DNA of 64,000 nt from Candidatus Magasanikbacteria bacterium CG11_big_fil_rev_8_21_14_0_20_39_34. Its GTDB lineage: Bacteria; Patescibacteriota; Patescibacteriia; Magasanikbacterales; UBA922. Below the pieces are notes generated by a model that saw only the letters and a list, made by a program, of their open reading frames with translations, had not been told where the DNA came from and ran no database searches. Location of the stretch: assembly GCA_002787355.1 (NCBI GenBank), contig PCWN01000007.1, positions 315,552 to 379,551 on the forward strand, given 5' to 3'. Below are positions 18,698 to 26,759 of the stretch, in pieces. Numbering within the stretch: position 1 is the stretch's first letter; each line of letters opens with the position of its first letter. A program made the translations under genes and the position numbers.

Positions 18698-19297
18698 TTA
18701 CAAATTTCTGATGACCTTTACGACCACACCCTGCACGTCTACCTGTCTATGATACGTTGGCTCGTATTTCCCATTGGCCGGCTGTAGCCGTATCCTGTTC
18801 TGCTCTTGGTATATCCGCTTTAATGTCGCCTCGCTGTCTTCGAGAAGTGCAACGACCGTATCGCCATTGTCCGCACTCTTTTGCTGTTTTGCGATGATAA
18901 TATCTCCGTCGAGGATACCGTCTTCAATCATGGAATCGCCTTTGGCTCTTAGAGCGAATAGCCTACCTCGCAGAGCGTACTCCCTGGCGACTTTGACTGT
19001 TGTATCGTCGTATTCCTCAAGAGCTTCAATGGGTGAACCGCATGAAATAGTCCCTTTTATGGGAACCTCGATATAATCCGTGCGTTTTTTGGGCAGTGAG
19101 AGGCCTCTTTCTCGACGGTCGTACCGTTTGAGGAAGCCTTTATCCACCAAAGCCGAAACACGGTCGTGTACGGTTGATATGGCGGATAATTCAAAATGAT
19201 CTCGGATGTCATCGAAAGAGGGGGCGTACCCGTTCTGGTCGATGTACGAGGTGATGTAGTCGAGCGTTTCTCGTTGTCTTTTCGTCAGCGTGTTCAT
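18698..19297 (-). CDS. lexA: LexA-family transcriptional repressor (wHTH + S24 autopeptidase)
   Basis: N-terminal LexA DNA-binding domain (LTKRQRETLDYITSYIDQNGYAPSFDDI). Catalytic Ser in AKGDSMIEDGI and Lys in ATLKRIY. An Ala-Gly cleavage-site-like RAKG is present. The start is taken at MNTL. Confidence 0.8.
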   Translation of the reverse strand: MNTLTKRQRETLDYITSYIDQNGYAPSFDDIRDHFELSAISTVHDRVSALVDKGFLKRYDRRERGLSLPKKRTDYIEVPIKGTISCGSPIEALEEYDDTTVKVAREYALRGRLFALRAKGDSMIEDGILDGDIIIAKQQKSADNGDTVVALLEDSEATLKRIYQEQNRIRLQPANGKYEPTYHRQVDVQGVVVKVIRNL

Positions 19298-19346
19298 GTG
19301 GTATATTATAACCGAAGAAAATCCGAATAGCAAATCCGAAAAAGTG

Positions 19347-19375
19347 TGGACAAGTGCTCAAAAAAGGAGTATCAT
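19347..19375 (+). promoter_or_regulatory. Putative sigma70-type promoter for the mod operon (TGGACA-N17-TATCAT), inside the divergent lexA-mod intergenic region
   Basis: Hexamers read directly from the sequence. The adjacent direct repeat AAATCCGAA x2 at about 19321-19346 is a possible operator. Confidence 0.3.
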
Positions 19376-19405
19376 ATAAATCGTTAGACAAAACCCGTAC
19401 TAATT

Positions 19406-20953
19406 ATGCCTACACTCAACTGGATCGGTAAAGAGGCAGTAGTCAATCATGACAAAGAAGTCCCTTTCAAGCTCCTCAAAAAAGTAAAATCTCAATCAGT
19501 AGGTGAAAATTCACACAATCTGATTATCCATGGCGATAACCTAGAGGCATTAAAAGCATTAATGCCTTATTATGTTGGAAAAATAAAATGTATCTACATT
19601 GATCCCCCTTACAACACTGGAAACGAGGGGTGGGTTTATAACGATAAGGTTAATTCGCCAAAAATAAAAAAGTGGCTTGGAAAGGTTGTAGGTAATGAAC
19701 CTACAGACCTCTGTAGACATGATAAGTGGTTGTGCATGATGTATCCACGCTTAAAACTTTTGCGTGATCTTTTGCGTGATGATGGTGCTATTTTTATATC
19801 TATTGATGACAACGAACATTGTCATTTGAAAATGATTTTAGATGAAATGTTTGGCATTGAAAATTTTGTTACAAACATCATTTGGCAAAAAAAATATACA
19901 CAAAGTAATGATGCAAAATATTTTTCATCTACGCATGATTTTATAGTGTGCTATGCAAAAAATATTAAGAATGCGGATTTCAAAATAAATCTTTTAGAAA
20001 GAACGGAGAAACAGAACGCACGTTACAAAAATTTGGATAATGACCCACGGGGGCCATGGATGACACAGCCCCTACATGCAAAAAGTGGAAATGACAAAAC
20101 CTATACGTTTACATTTCAAAATGGTGTTAAATGGAAGCCCCCAGCAGGTACTTTTCCGAGATATAGTTTAGACACTTTGCGGAAGGCTGAGATGAACGGT
20201 GAAATATGGTTTGGAGCAAAAGGGACTGCCGTGCCACGTCTTAAAAAATACTTGAATGAAATGAAAGACGGCGTTATACCTAAAACAATTTGGCTTTATG
20301 ATGAGGTTGGTAGTAATGACGATGCAAAAAAAGAATTAAAGAATGTTTTTGACGACAATCCCTTTGCGACACCAAAGCCAACAAAACTATTGAAAACAAT
20401 TTTTAAAATTTCATCAGGGAAAGACGATATTGTATTAGATTCATTTGCTGGATCAGGCACTGCTGGACATTCAATTTTGGATCTCAATAAAGAAGACGGC
20501 GGAAAAAGAAAATTTATTCTTGTAGAAATGGAAGATGATATTGCTAAAAATATCACCGCCGAAAGAATAAGACGAGTGTGCAAAACAAATGAATATTCAG
20601 ATGGTTTTGAATATTGTGAGCTTACAAAACCACTTTTTGATGAAAATGGTCAAATAGAGAAAGAGTGTGACTTCAATCAGTTTGCCACATATATCTATTT
20701 TACCGAAACGCAGACAAACATCGACAAGGCAAAAATCAATAAGAATTTTATCGGTGAATACAGCGACACACATTTTTATCTTATCTACAAAGAGAAAGGC
20801 AAAAATGTTCTTACCAAAACTTTTTTACGACAGCTCAAAAAAGACGGTGCGAGAAAAATCGTTTATGCTGATCGCTGTATGGTTGACGATGATATTCTTG
20901 AAGAATACAACATTGTATTTAAGCAAATCCCTTACGAGGTAAAAGTTTACTAA
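19406..20953 (+). CDS. mod: Type III restriction-modification system methyltransferase (Mod), N6-adenine beta-class
   Basis: Motif IV DPPY (CIYIDPPYNTG) precedes motif I FAGSGTAGHS. The N-terminus is Mod-like (IIHGDNLEALKAL). Confidence 0.8.
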   Translation: MPTLNWIGKEAVVNHDKEVPFKLLKKVKSQSVGENSHNLIIHGDNLEALKALMPYYVGKIKCIYIDPPYNTGNEGWVYNDKVNSPKIKKWLGKVVGNEPTDLCRHDKWLCMMYPRLKLLRDLLRDDGAIFISIDDNEHCHLKMILDEMFGIENFVTNIIWQKKYTQSNDAKYFSSTHDFIVCYAKNIKNADFKINLLERTEKQNARYKNLDNDPRGPWMTQPLHAKSGNDKTYTFTFQNGVKWKPPAGTFPRYSLDTLRKAEMNGEIWFGAKGTAVPRLKKYLNEMKDGVIPKTIWLYDEVGSNDDAKKELKNVFDDNPFATPKPTKLLKTIFKISSGKDDIVLDSFAGSGTAGHSILDLNKEDGGKRKFILVEMEDDIAKNITAERIRRVCKTNEYSDGFEYCELTKPLFDENGQIEKECDFNQFATYIYFTETQTNIDKAKINKNFIGEYSDTHFYLIYKEKGKNVLTKTFLRQLKKDGARKIVYADRCMVDDDILEEYNIVFKQIPYEVKVY

Positions 20954-20957
20954 TCCT

Positions 20958-23222
20958 ATGCAACTAAAAACCTATCAGCAACAAGCCCTTGAGACGTTGC
21001 AAAACTACCTCGAGGAAATGAAGAAAGTCGGCTCAAAATATGCGTTCATGGGCACGACTGATACGCCGTACAATAGTGAGTATTTTGGTGAAACACCTTT
21101 TGTCTGTATCAAGATTCCGACCGGTGGTGGAAAGACAATGGTCGGTTGTCATGCAACGGTTGAAATCATGCGTAAAGCCCTTGCTTATAAAATGGAGCGC
21201 GGTATTGTAATGTGGTTTGTACCGTCAGAAGCAATCAAGACACAGACATTGCGTAAATTCAAAGACCGAAATGACTGGCACAGACGTATCCTTGATGAGA
21301 GTTTTGAAAATGGCGTGCGTATTTTTTCAAATGAAGAAGCACTCCGTATTCGCAAAGAAGATGTTGACGACAACCTCTGTATTATCATTTCAAGCCTTGA
21401 GGCGTTCCGAAAAGAAAAGAAGCTCCAAAACAAATACAAGGTTTATCAGGAGAACGGTGCACTTCTTAGCTTTTTTGAACATATCAAGAGTGAAGACGGG
21501 TTAGAAAAAGATGAAGAAGGAACGGTTATCAATTCACTTGCAAACGTCATCCGCATGGATAATCCACTTATCGTTATTGATGAGGGGCATAAAACACAAA
21601 CAAAACTCTCTATCGACTTTTTGAGCGACCTCAATCCGTCCTTTATTGTGGAATATACCGCTACTCCTCGCAAGGGTAGTAATATACTCGTGGATATTTC
21701 TGCGTCTGCTCTCAAGGAAGAAAACATGGTGAAAATCCCTATTGTCCTTGAAAGTAGTAACCAATGGGGCAATGCCATTGTACGAGGTATGGAGCAGCGG
21801 GATGAGCTGGAAAAAGAGGCAAAGAAATTAAAATCCGAGTATATTCGACCGATTGCTCTTATTCAAGCACAGCCACATAGCAAGACACAAAAGAACGTTA
21901 CGGTAGAAGAAGTCAAAGACTTTCTTCTCAGGGCGAAAATCCCCGAGGATCAAATCGCAACTAAAACATCCAATACAAATGAACTCGAGGGCGTAGACTT
22001 GTTTAGTAAAAAGTGTAAAATTCGTTATATCATCACCGTAAGCGCGCTTGCTGAGGGTTGGGATTGTTCCTTTGCGTATGCGCTTATCTCTGTTGCGAAC
22101 GTGGGATCAAAAATTGCTGTTGAGCAGATTATCGGACGTATCTTACGTATGCCATACGCCGAGAAAAAAACTATCGAAAGCCTCAATCGTTCATATATTT
22201 TTGCGTCGGCAAAAAACTTTAACGAGGCGGCAACTCAGATTATCTCCGGCTTAGAAGCTAACGGATACAGTAAACACGACTTGGTAAGTAGATCAAATAA
22301 AGACGAGAAATACGAACTTGAAGTAGAGCGAACAGTAGACGAAGACTTTGCTATACCAATGATGAGCCTAGACGGTGACAAACTCTCGTTTGAAGATCTT
22401 GTAGGAGAAAAATTTGAACTTGCAAAACAAAACCCTGACTTTGACTTTGATATTCACTGGGATAGCGACGGTCGCGCGATTATTGATATTGAAGGTGACA
22501 AATGGACGAAAGGACGACAACTAATGCTACACCTCACATACAGGGATAAAAACTTCTCTCGAGAAGAATTGACCCAATGGCTCGACAAAAAGCTCCGTTT
22601 TACACTCCTTGATAAGCAGGACAAAGTGGCATTTATTAAAAAAGTTATTGACGGACAGCTCAAGCAGAAATCTCTTGCCGACTTATCAGTCAATCGTTAT
22701 CTATTCCGTGATCGTCTTGATAAAGCAATCAACGATATTTTAGAGGAATACGCAAAGAAACAATTTGACGCACAAATGAAAAAAGGAGAGGTGAAACTTA
22801 AGAAGTTTGAAGCGTTCCCTGCCTCTATCATACTCGGGCAAGAAATACCGCAGTCGTTCAACAAAAGCTACTACGAAAAAGTAGACAAACTCAATAAAGA
22901 AGAATTGAACTTTATCGAACGCCTTGACCTAGATACGTTGCCAAACATAGAATTTTGGATTAGAAACCGAGAAAAAAGAGATCCATTCTATATTCAAGGC
23001 TGGCGTAAAGGAAAATTCTATCCCGACTTTATCGTAAAAACAAAAAAAGGAAATATTGTTGCGCTTGAATGGAAAGGTGAAGACCGTATATCAAATGACG
23101 ATACAGAATACAAAGTTGCTATTGGTGAAACGTGGCAGGATTTGAGCAAGGGTAAATTACACTTCTTTCTTGTTCATAATGGGAATGTGGAGGAGGTTTT
23201 GAATGAACTAAAACAAAAATAA
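20958..23222 (+). CDS. res: Type III restriction enzyme Res subunit (SF2 helicase + PD-(D/E)xK nuclease)
   Basis: Walker A PTGGGKT, DEAH-like VIDEGHK, and a C-terminal PDF...EWKGE nuclease-like motif. It starts 4 nt after mod. Confidence 0.8.
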   Translation: MQLKTYQQQALETLQNYLEEMKKVGSKYAFMGTTDTPYNSEYFGETPFVCIKIPTGGGKTMVGCHATVEIMRKALAYKMERGIVMWFVPSEAIKTQTLRKFKDRNDWHRRILDESFENGVRIFSNEEALRIRKEDVDDNLCIIISSLEAFRKEKKLQNKYKVYQENGALLSFFEHIKSEDGLEKDEEGTVINSLANVIRMDNPLIVIDEGHKTQTKLSIDFLSDLNPSFIVEYTATPRKGSNILVDISASALKEENMVKIPIVLESSNQWGNAIVRGMEQRDELEKEAKKLKSEYIRPIALIQAQPHSKTQKNVTVEEVKDFLLRAKIPEDQIATKTSNTNELEGVDLFSKKCKIRYIITVSALAEGWDCSFAYALISVANVGSKIAVEQIIGRILRMPYAEKKTIESLNRSYIFASAKNFNEAATQIISGLEANGYSKHDLVSRSNKDEKYELEVERTVDEDFAIPMMSLDGDKLSFEDLVGEKFELAKQNPDFDFDIHWDSDGRAIIDIEGDKWTKGRQLMLHLTYRDKNFSREELTQWLDKKLRFTLLDKQDKVAFIKKVIDGQLKQKSLADLSVNRYLFRDRLDKAINDILEEYAKKQFDAQMKKGEVKLKKFEAFPASIILGQEIPQSFNKSYYEKVDKLNKEELNFIERLDLDTLPNIEFWIRNREKRDPFYIQGWRKGKFYPDFIVKTKKGNIVALEWKGEDRISNDDTEYKVAIGETWQDLSKGKLHFFLVHNGNVEEVLNELKQK

Positions 23223-23235
23223 CAGACAAAATTGT

Positions 23236-24132
23236 ATGTCATGGGAAGATACATTTAAATCGTGGGGGGCTGCCCCAGGTACAACAGAACAGCAAAAAAT
23301 GGAAAATGCTGAGAATGCTGTTCGTAAGGCAATTAACGCTGAAACTGTGCTTAAAAACATGGATATTTCGATTATCCCGCAGGGCTCATACAAGTCTCGA
23401 ACGAATGTAAGGCAAGATAGTGATGTGGATATTTGTATTTGTCTGAACTCTACTTTTTTTCCAAGATATCCGATTGGTAAGACAAAAGAAGATTATGGCA
23501 ATATCGATGGCAGTATAAACTTTGATGAGTATAGAAATCTGGTGCAAAGAGCCTTGCAGAATTATTTTGGAACAGAATATGTTACACCTGGCAATAAAGC
23601 ATTTGATATACACTCAAATACATCTAGAGTTGATGCTGATGTTGTACCTGCATTTGCCTACCGGTATTATCATGGAGAGGGTGAAAACGATTATCAACAA
23701 CCACTCGGCATCGCTTTTCTGACAAATAACGAGAAAAAAAAGATAATAAATTGGCCTCATCATACTTATGATAACGGCAAAGAAAAACAGCAACGTACAG
23801 GACAACGCTATAAAAAAGTGGTTAGAATCATCAAAAAATTGAGAAATAAAATGCAAGAAGAAAGTATTTCAGAATCACAGGATATAGCATCTTTTTTGAT
23901 AGAAAGTATGGTTTGGAATGCACCAGATAGTCATTTCAATCGTGATACTTATACTGCAGACGTGCGTGCTGTTCTGGCATATTGTTTTAATGAAACTTTA
24001 CCCAATGGGAGTCATGGAAAGCTTGGGGAGGTAAATGATTTTAAGTATTTATTTGGGGATCACCAGCCATGGTCAAGAGAACGAGCTCATAAATTTTTTT
24101 CTTCAGCCTGGGATTATTTAGGATTTGAATAA
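23236..24132 (+). CDS. cGAS/DncV-like nucleotidyltransferase (CD-NTase / SMODS-type)
   Basis: GS-x11-DVD motif (QGSYKSRTNVRQDSDVDICI) plus a third acidic residue in DADVVPAF. Its size is about 300 aa. It starts 13 nt after res. Confidence 0.65.
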   Translation: MSWEDTFKSWGAAPGTTEQQKMENAENAVRKAINAETVLKNMDISIIPQGSYKSRTNVRQDSDVDICICLNSTFFPRYPIGKTKEDYGNIDGSINFDEYRNLVQRALQNYFGTEYVTPGNKAFDIHSNTSRVDADVVPAFAYRYYHGEGENDYQQPLGIAFLTNNEKKKIINWPHHTYDNGKEKQQRTGQRYKKVVRIIKKLRNKMQEESISESQDIASFLIESMVWNAPDSHFNRDTYTADVRAVLAYCFNETLPNGSHGKLGEVNDFKYLFGDHQPWSRERAHKFFSSAWDYLGFE

Positions 24133-24134
24133 AT

Positions 24135-24752
24135 ATGGAAAAAGTTGATAGGAAAATAAGAGCATATTCTCAGGTGATTACTTTTTTAGTAGTATGGTTT
24201 GTTGTTGTTATTCTGACTAACTCATACTCTACGACTGACTTGCTCCCCGCCATTAAAAGAATCCCTTTAGCTATATCAATTTATGTAATTCTTGCAAGTA
24301 TTTTTGTAAAGTGGATATGGCGTTGGAAAATTTTTCAAGGTTGGTTAATAAAAGTGCCTGATCTACAAGGCACATGGGAAGGTGAATTAAAAAGTGATTG
24401 GATAAATCCCGAAACAGGAAAAGGTATTGATCCAATTCCTATGCTATTAGTGATAAAACAAACCTTTACTTCCATAAATTGTACATTGATGACAAAAGAA
24501 TCTACCAGCTATAGTACGACTGCGGACTTTGAATATGTTCATGGAGGTGACGCTGTTTATCTAACATATAATTATACAAACCGGCCTAAAGCAACTATAA
24601 GAGATAGAAGTGCTATACACGACGGTGCTGCAATTTTGAAAGTAATTAAGGATCCTGAACGCAGACTTGAGGGTGAATATTGGACAAGTAGAAAAACACG
24701 GGGCGATATTAGTATACATTTTGGTTCAAAGGATTTGGCTGAAAGATTTTAA
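24135..24752 (+). CDS. 2TM membrane effector (Cap15-like / SLATT-like) partnered with the CD-NTase
   Basis: Two N-terminal TM helices and an approximately 130-aa soluble beta-rich C-terminal domain. It starts 2 nt after the NTase stop. Confidence 0.55.
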   Translation: MEKVDRKIRAYSQVITFLVVWFVVVILTNSYSTTDLLPAIKRIPLAISIYVILASIFVKWIWRWKIFQGWLIKVPDLQGTWEGELKSDWINPETGKGIDPIPMLLVIKQTFTSINCTLMTKESTSYSTTADFEYVHGGDAVYLTYNYTNRPKATIRDRSAIHDGAAILKVIKDPERRLEGEYWTSRKTRGDISIHFGSKDLAERF

Positions 24753-24917
24753 GAGTTATGTACGATAAAATTTGGTATTTTTACCCCCTCAAATTCTCAA
24801 AAAAAATATATAGTAGCGAGAGTAAAATTCTTTGCTAATACGCAAACACCTGAATATGCCGTTGTGCTCGGCTCTTTAGATGAAAGACTCACCCCATTTC
24901 AATCGACTCTCTAAAAG

Positions 24918-24933
24918 AAAAGTTCGGAAGTTG
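24918..24933. repeat. Direct repeat copy 2 (AAAAGTTCGGAAGTTG)
   Basis: Partner of 17864-17879. It lies just before a bidirectional terminator. Confidence 0.4.
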
Positions 24934-24952
24934 TCCAAGTAGCAGAGCAAAA

Positions 24953-24984
24953 AAACTCAAACTCGTAATGGTTTGAGTTTTTTG
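24953..24984. terminator. Bidirectional terminator hairpin (aaactcaaac-N8-gtttgagttt + T-run)
   Basis: Read directly from the sequence. It closes the island on the right. Confidence 0.55.
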
Positions 24985-25022
24985 ATATAATAAATGCATT
25001 ATTATTATTCTAAATAGAATAT

Positions 25023-25640
25023 ATGAAAAAGTATTTCTTTATTATGGCATTTGCACTTATTGGATTTGCCTATGCAGGAACTGCTTCTGCACAAATGGGT
25101 ATGATGAATACCAATGGCTCTGTGCATAATGAAGCCATAGACGCAATGATTTTACAAATAACAGAAAGCCAAAATATTACTGATCCAACACAGATAGACT
25201 GTAGTAAAGTTTCCAATGAACAATTTGAAAGTCTGGGAGATGCGTTCATGCAAACCATGGCAAGCAATGACAAGCAACATGAAGCAATGGACTCAATGAT
25301 GGGTGGGGAAGGTTCTGAAAGCCTCACACAAGCACACAGAAATATGGGGCAATCCTACCTTGGCTGTAGCACAGGACGAACTGCAGTAGCCATGCCTATG
25401 ATGGCAAATAATGGAATGATGCAAGGTATGCAATTCCAAGGAATTGAACAACGATTCCCACATCAAAATACAAATATGAACTGGGACAATATGAACCGGG
25501 GAAATATGAAATGGCATGGACAGGGAACATACGCTTTTTCAGCCTTACATATTATTTGTGCAGTGATTACCACGCTTCTTGTCTGGACACTCCTTGTAGT
25601 ATGGATTCTTACTCTTCTTAAGGGACTCAGGAAAAAATAG
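25023..25640 (+). CDS. Secreted, C-terminally membrane-anchored Met-rich protein (possible Cu/metal-binding)
   Basis: Signal peptide. Many Met clusters (MGMMNTNG, MDSMMGG, MPMMANNGMMQGMQFQG). A C-terminal TM helix. Confidence 0.5.
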   Translation: MKKYFFIMAFALIGFAYAGTASAQMGMMNTNGSVHNEAIDAMILQITESQNITDPTQIDCSKVSNEQFESLGDAFMQTMASNDKQHEAMDSMMGGEGSESLTQAHRNMGQSYLGCSTGRTAVAMPMMANNGMMQGMQFQGIEQRFPHQNTNMNWDNMNRGNMKWHGQGTYAFSALHIICAVITTLLVWTLLVVWILTLLKGLRKK

Positions 25641-25744
25641 GGAAATATATTCTACAAAAAAATAGCGCCTTTGTGGCGCTATTTTAGCTTTACATGTACC
25701 GTTTGAAAATGATAAAATATTTGCGTTATTCATCATATTTTTTT

Positions 25745-26116
25745 ATGAAAAAAACAAAAATTCTTTTTTGGGTCACTACCACCATTATCTTTCTTTTTGA
25801 AGGAGTACTTACCGCATTTACCTCTCAAAGTGATATGGCAAGAGAAAGCATACAACACCTTGGATACCCGATCTACTTTGGTACCATGCTTGCCGTGTTT
25901 AAAGTTTTGGGTGCATTGGTTCTTATCATTCCAGCCATTCCAAAACGTTTCAAAGAGTGGGCCTATGTAGGTTTTGGAATTGATTTTATTGCTGCACTCG
26001 TTAGTCTTTGGGCGGTAGATGGTTTCAACGCATCCCTTGTACTCCCCGTAGTCTTCATGGCACTCCTTGCCATTTCCTACACCTCTTATCATAAGATGAT
26101 GCCAGAAAAAGCATAA
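25745..26116 (+). CDS. DoxX-family membrane protein
   Basis: About 125 aa with 4 TM. The start could instead be 25694. A terminator follows. Confidence 0.5.
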   Translation: MKKTKILFWVTTTIIFLFEGVLTAFTSQSDMARESIQHLGYPIYFGTMLAVFKVLGALVLIIPAIPKRFKEWAYVGFGIDFIAALVSLWAVDGFNASLVLPVVFMALLAISYTSYHKMMPEKA

Positions 26117-26132
26117 AATCTTTTTCCCAAAA

Positions 26133-26165
26133 ACCATCCGCTCAGAAACGGGTGGTTTTTTATTT
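26133..26165 (+). terminator. Rho-independent terminator
   Basis: ccatccgc-tcagaaa-cgggtgg followed by tttttt. Confidence 0.65.
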
Positions 26166-26216
26166 CTTTCAAAGTTGGAAAAAAATTGTTATACTATATC
26201 CATTCACATAAAAAAT

Positions 26217-26702
26217 ATGAAAAGATTAAAACACCCACTCAAACTTATCCTTTTTATTATCCTTTGTCACCTTGCAGGAATTTTTGGATCTATCTTTACC
26301 GCCATGAATGTTCAGACCTGGTATACAGAGTTGTATAAACCATGGTTTACACCTCCTGCGTGGGTTTTTGCACCCGTTTGGTTTATTCTCTATACCCTCA
26401 TGGGAATAGCTATTTTCCTCATTTATGAAAAGCGCGTTCTTCTCAAAAGAAAATATAAACACCTTGCTATAGCTTTTTTTTGGGCACAGCTTTTACTCAA
26501 TACTATTTGGTCCCCTATTTTCTTTGGTCTTCAGGACCCAATGCTTGCTTTTTTTGAAATTATACTCCTCCTCATTGTGCTTATAATTACCATCTTCTTC
26601 TTTACCAAAGTAGAGAGAAAAGCTGCATTTTTGCTCTTCCCCTACCTTATCTGGGCATGTTTTGCTGCCGCACTCAATGCAGGAATTTGGCTTCTCAACT
26701 AA
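26217..26702 (+). CDS. tspO: TspO/MBR tryptophan-rich sensory protein
   Basis: WYTELYKPWFTPPAWVFAPVWFILYTLMGIA matches the TspO N-terminal consensus. It has 5 TM. Confidence 0.8.
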   Translation: MKRLKHPLKLILFIILCHLAGIFGSIFTAMNVQTWYTELYKPWFTPPAWVFAPVWFILYTLMGIAIFLIYEKRVLLKRKYKHLAIAFFWAQLLLNTIWSPIFFGLQDPMLAFFEIILLLIVLIITIFFFTKVERKAAFLLFPYLIWACFAAALNAGIWLLN

Positions 26703-26759
26703 AAGGATTGATTTTTTTCCTTTTTTGCTCTATACTAAGGGTGTTTTTAAGTTTTTTCC

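Noticed and set aside
19298-19346. Classical SOS box (CTGT-N8-ACAG or GAAC-N4-GTTC) upstream of the lexA-like gene
   Set aside because: I did not find one by eye. Only the AAATCCGAA direct repeat and a weak GGTATATTATAACC near-palindrome are present. I left this as an open question in the findings rather than calling an operator.
17864-24933. Treating the 13-mer direct repeat as proven att sites
   Set aside because: Tens of chance 13-mer matches are expected in a 64-kb AT-biased sequence. I kept it only as a low-confidence candidate because of its position.
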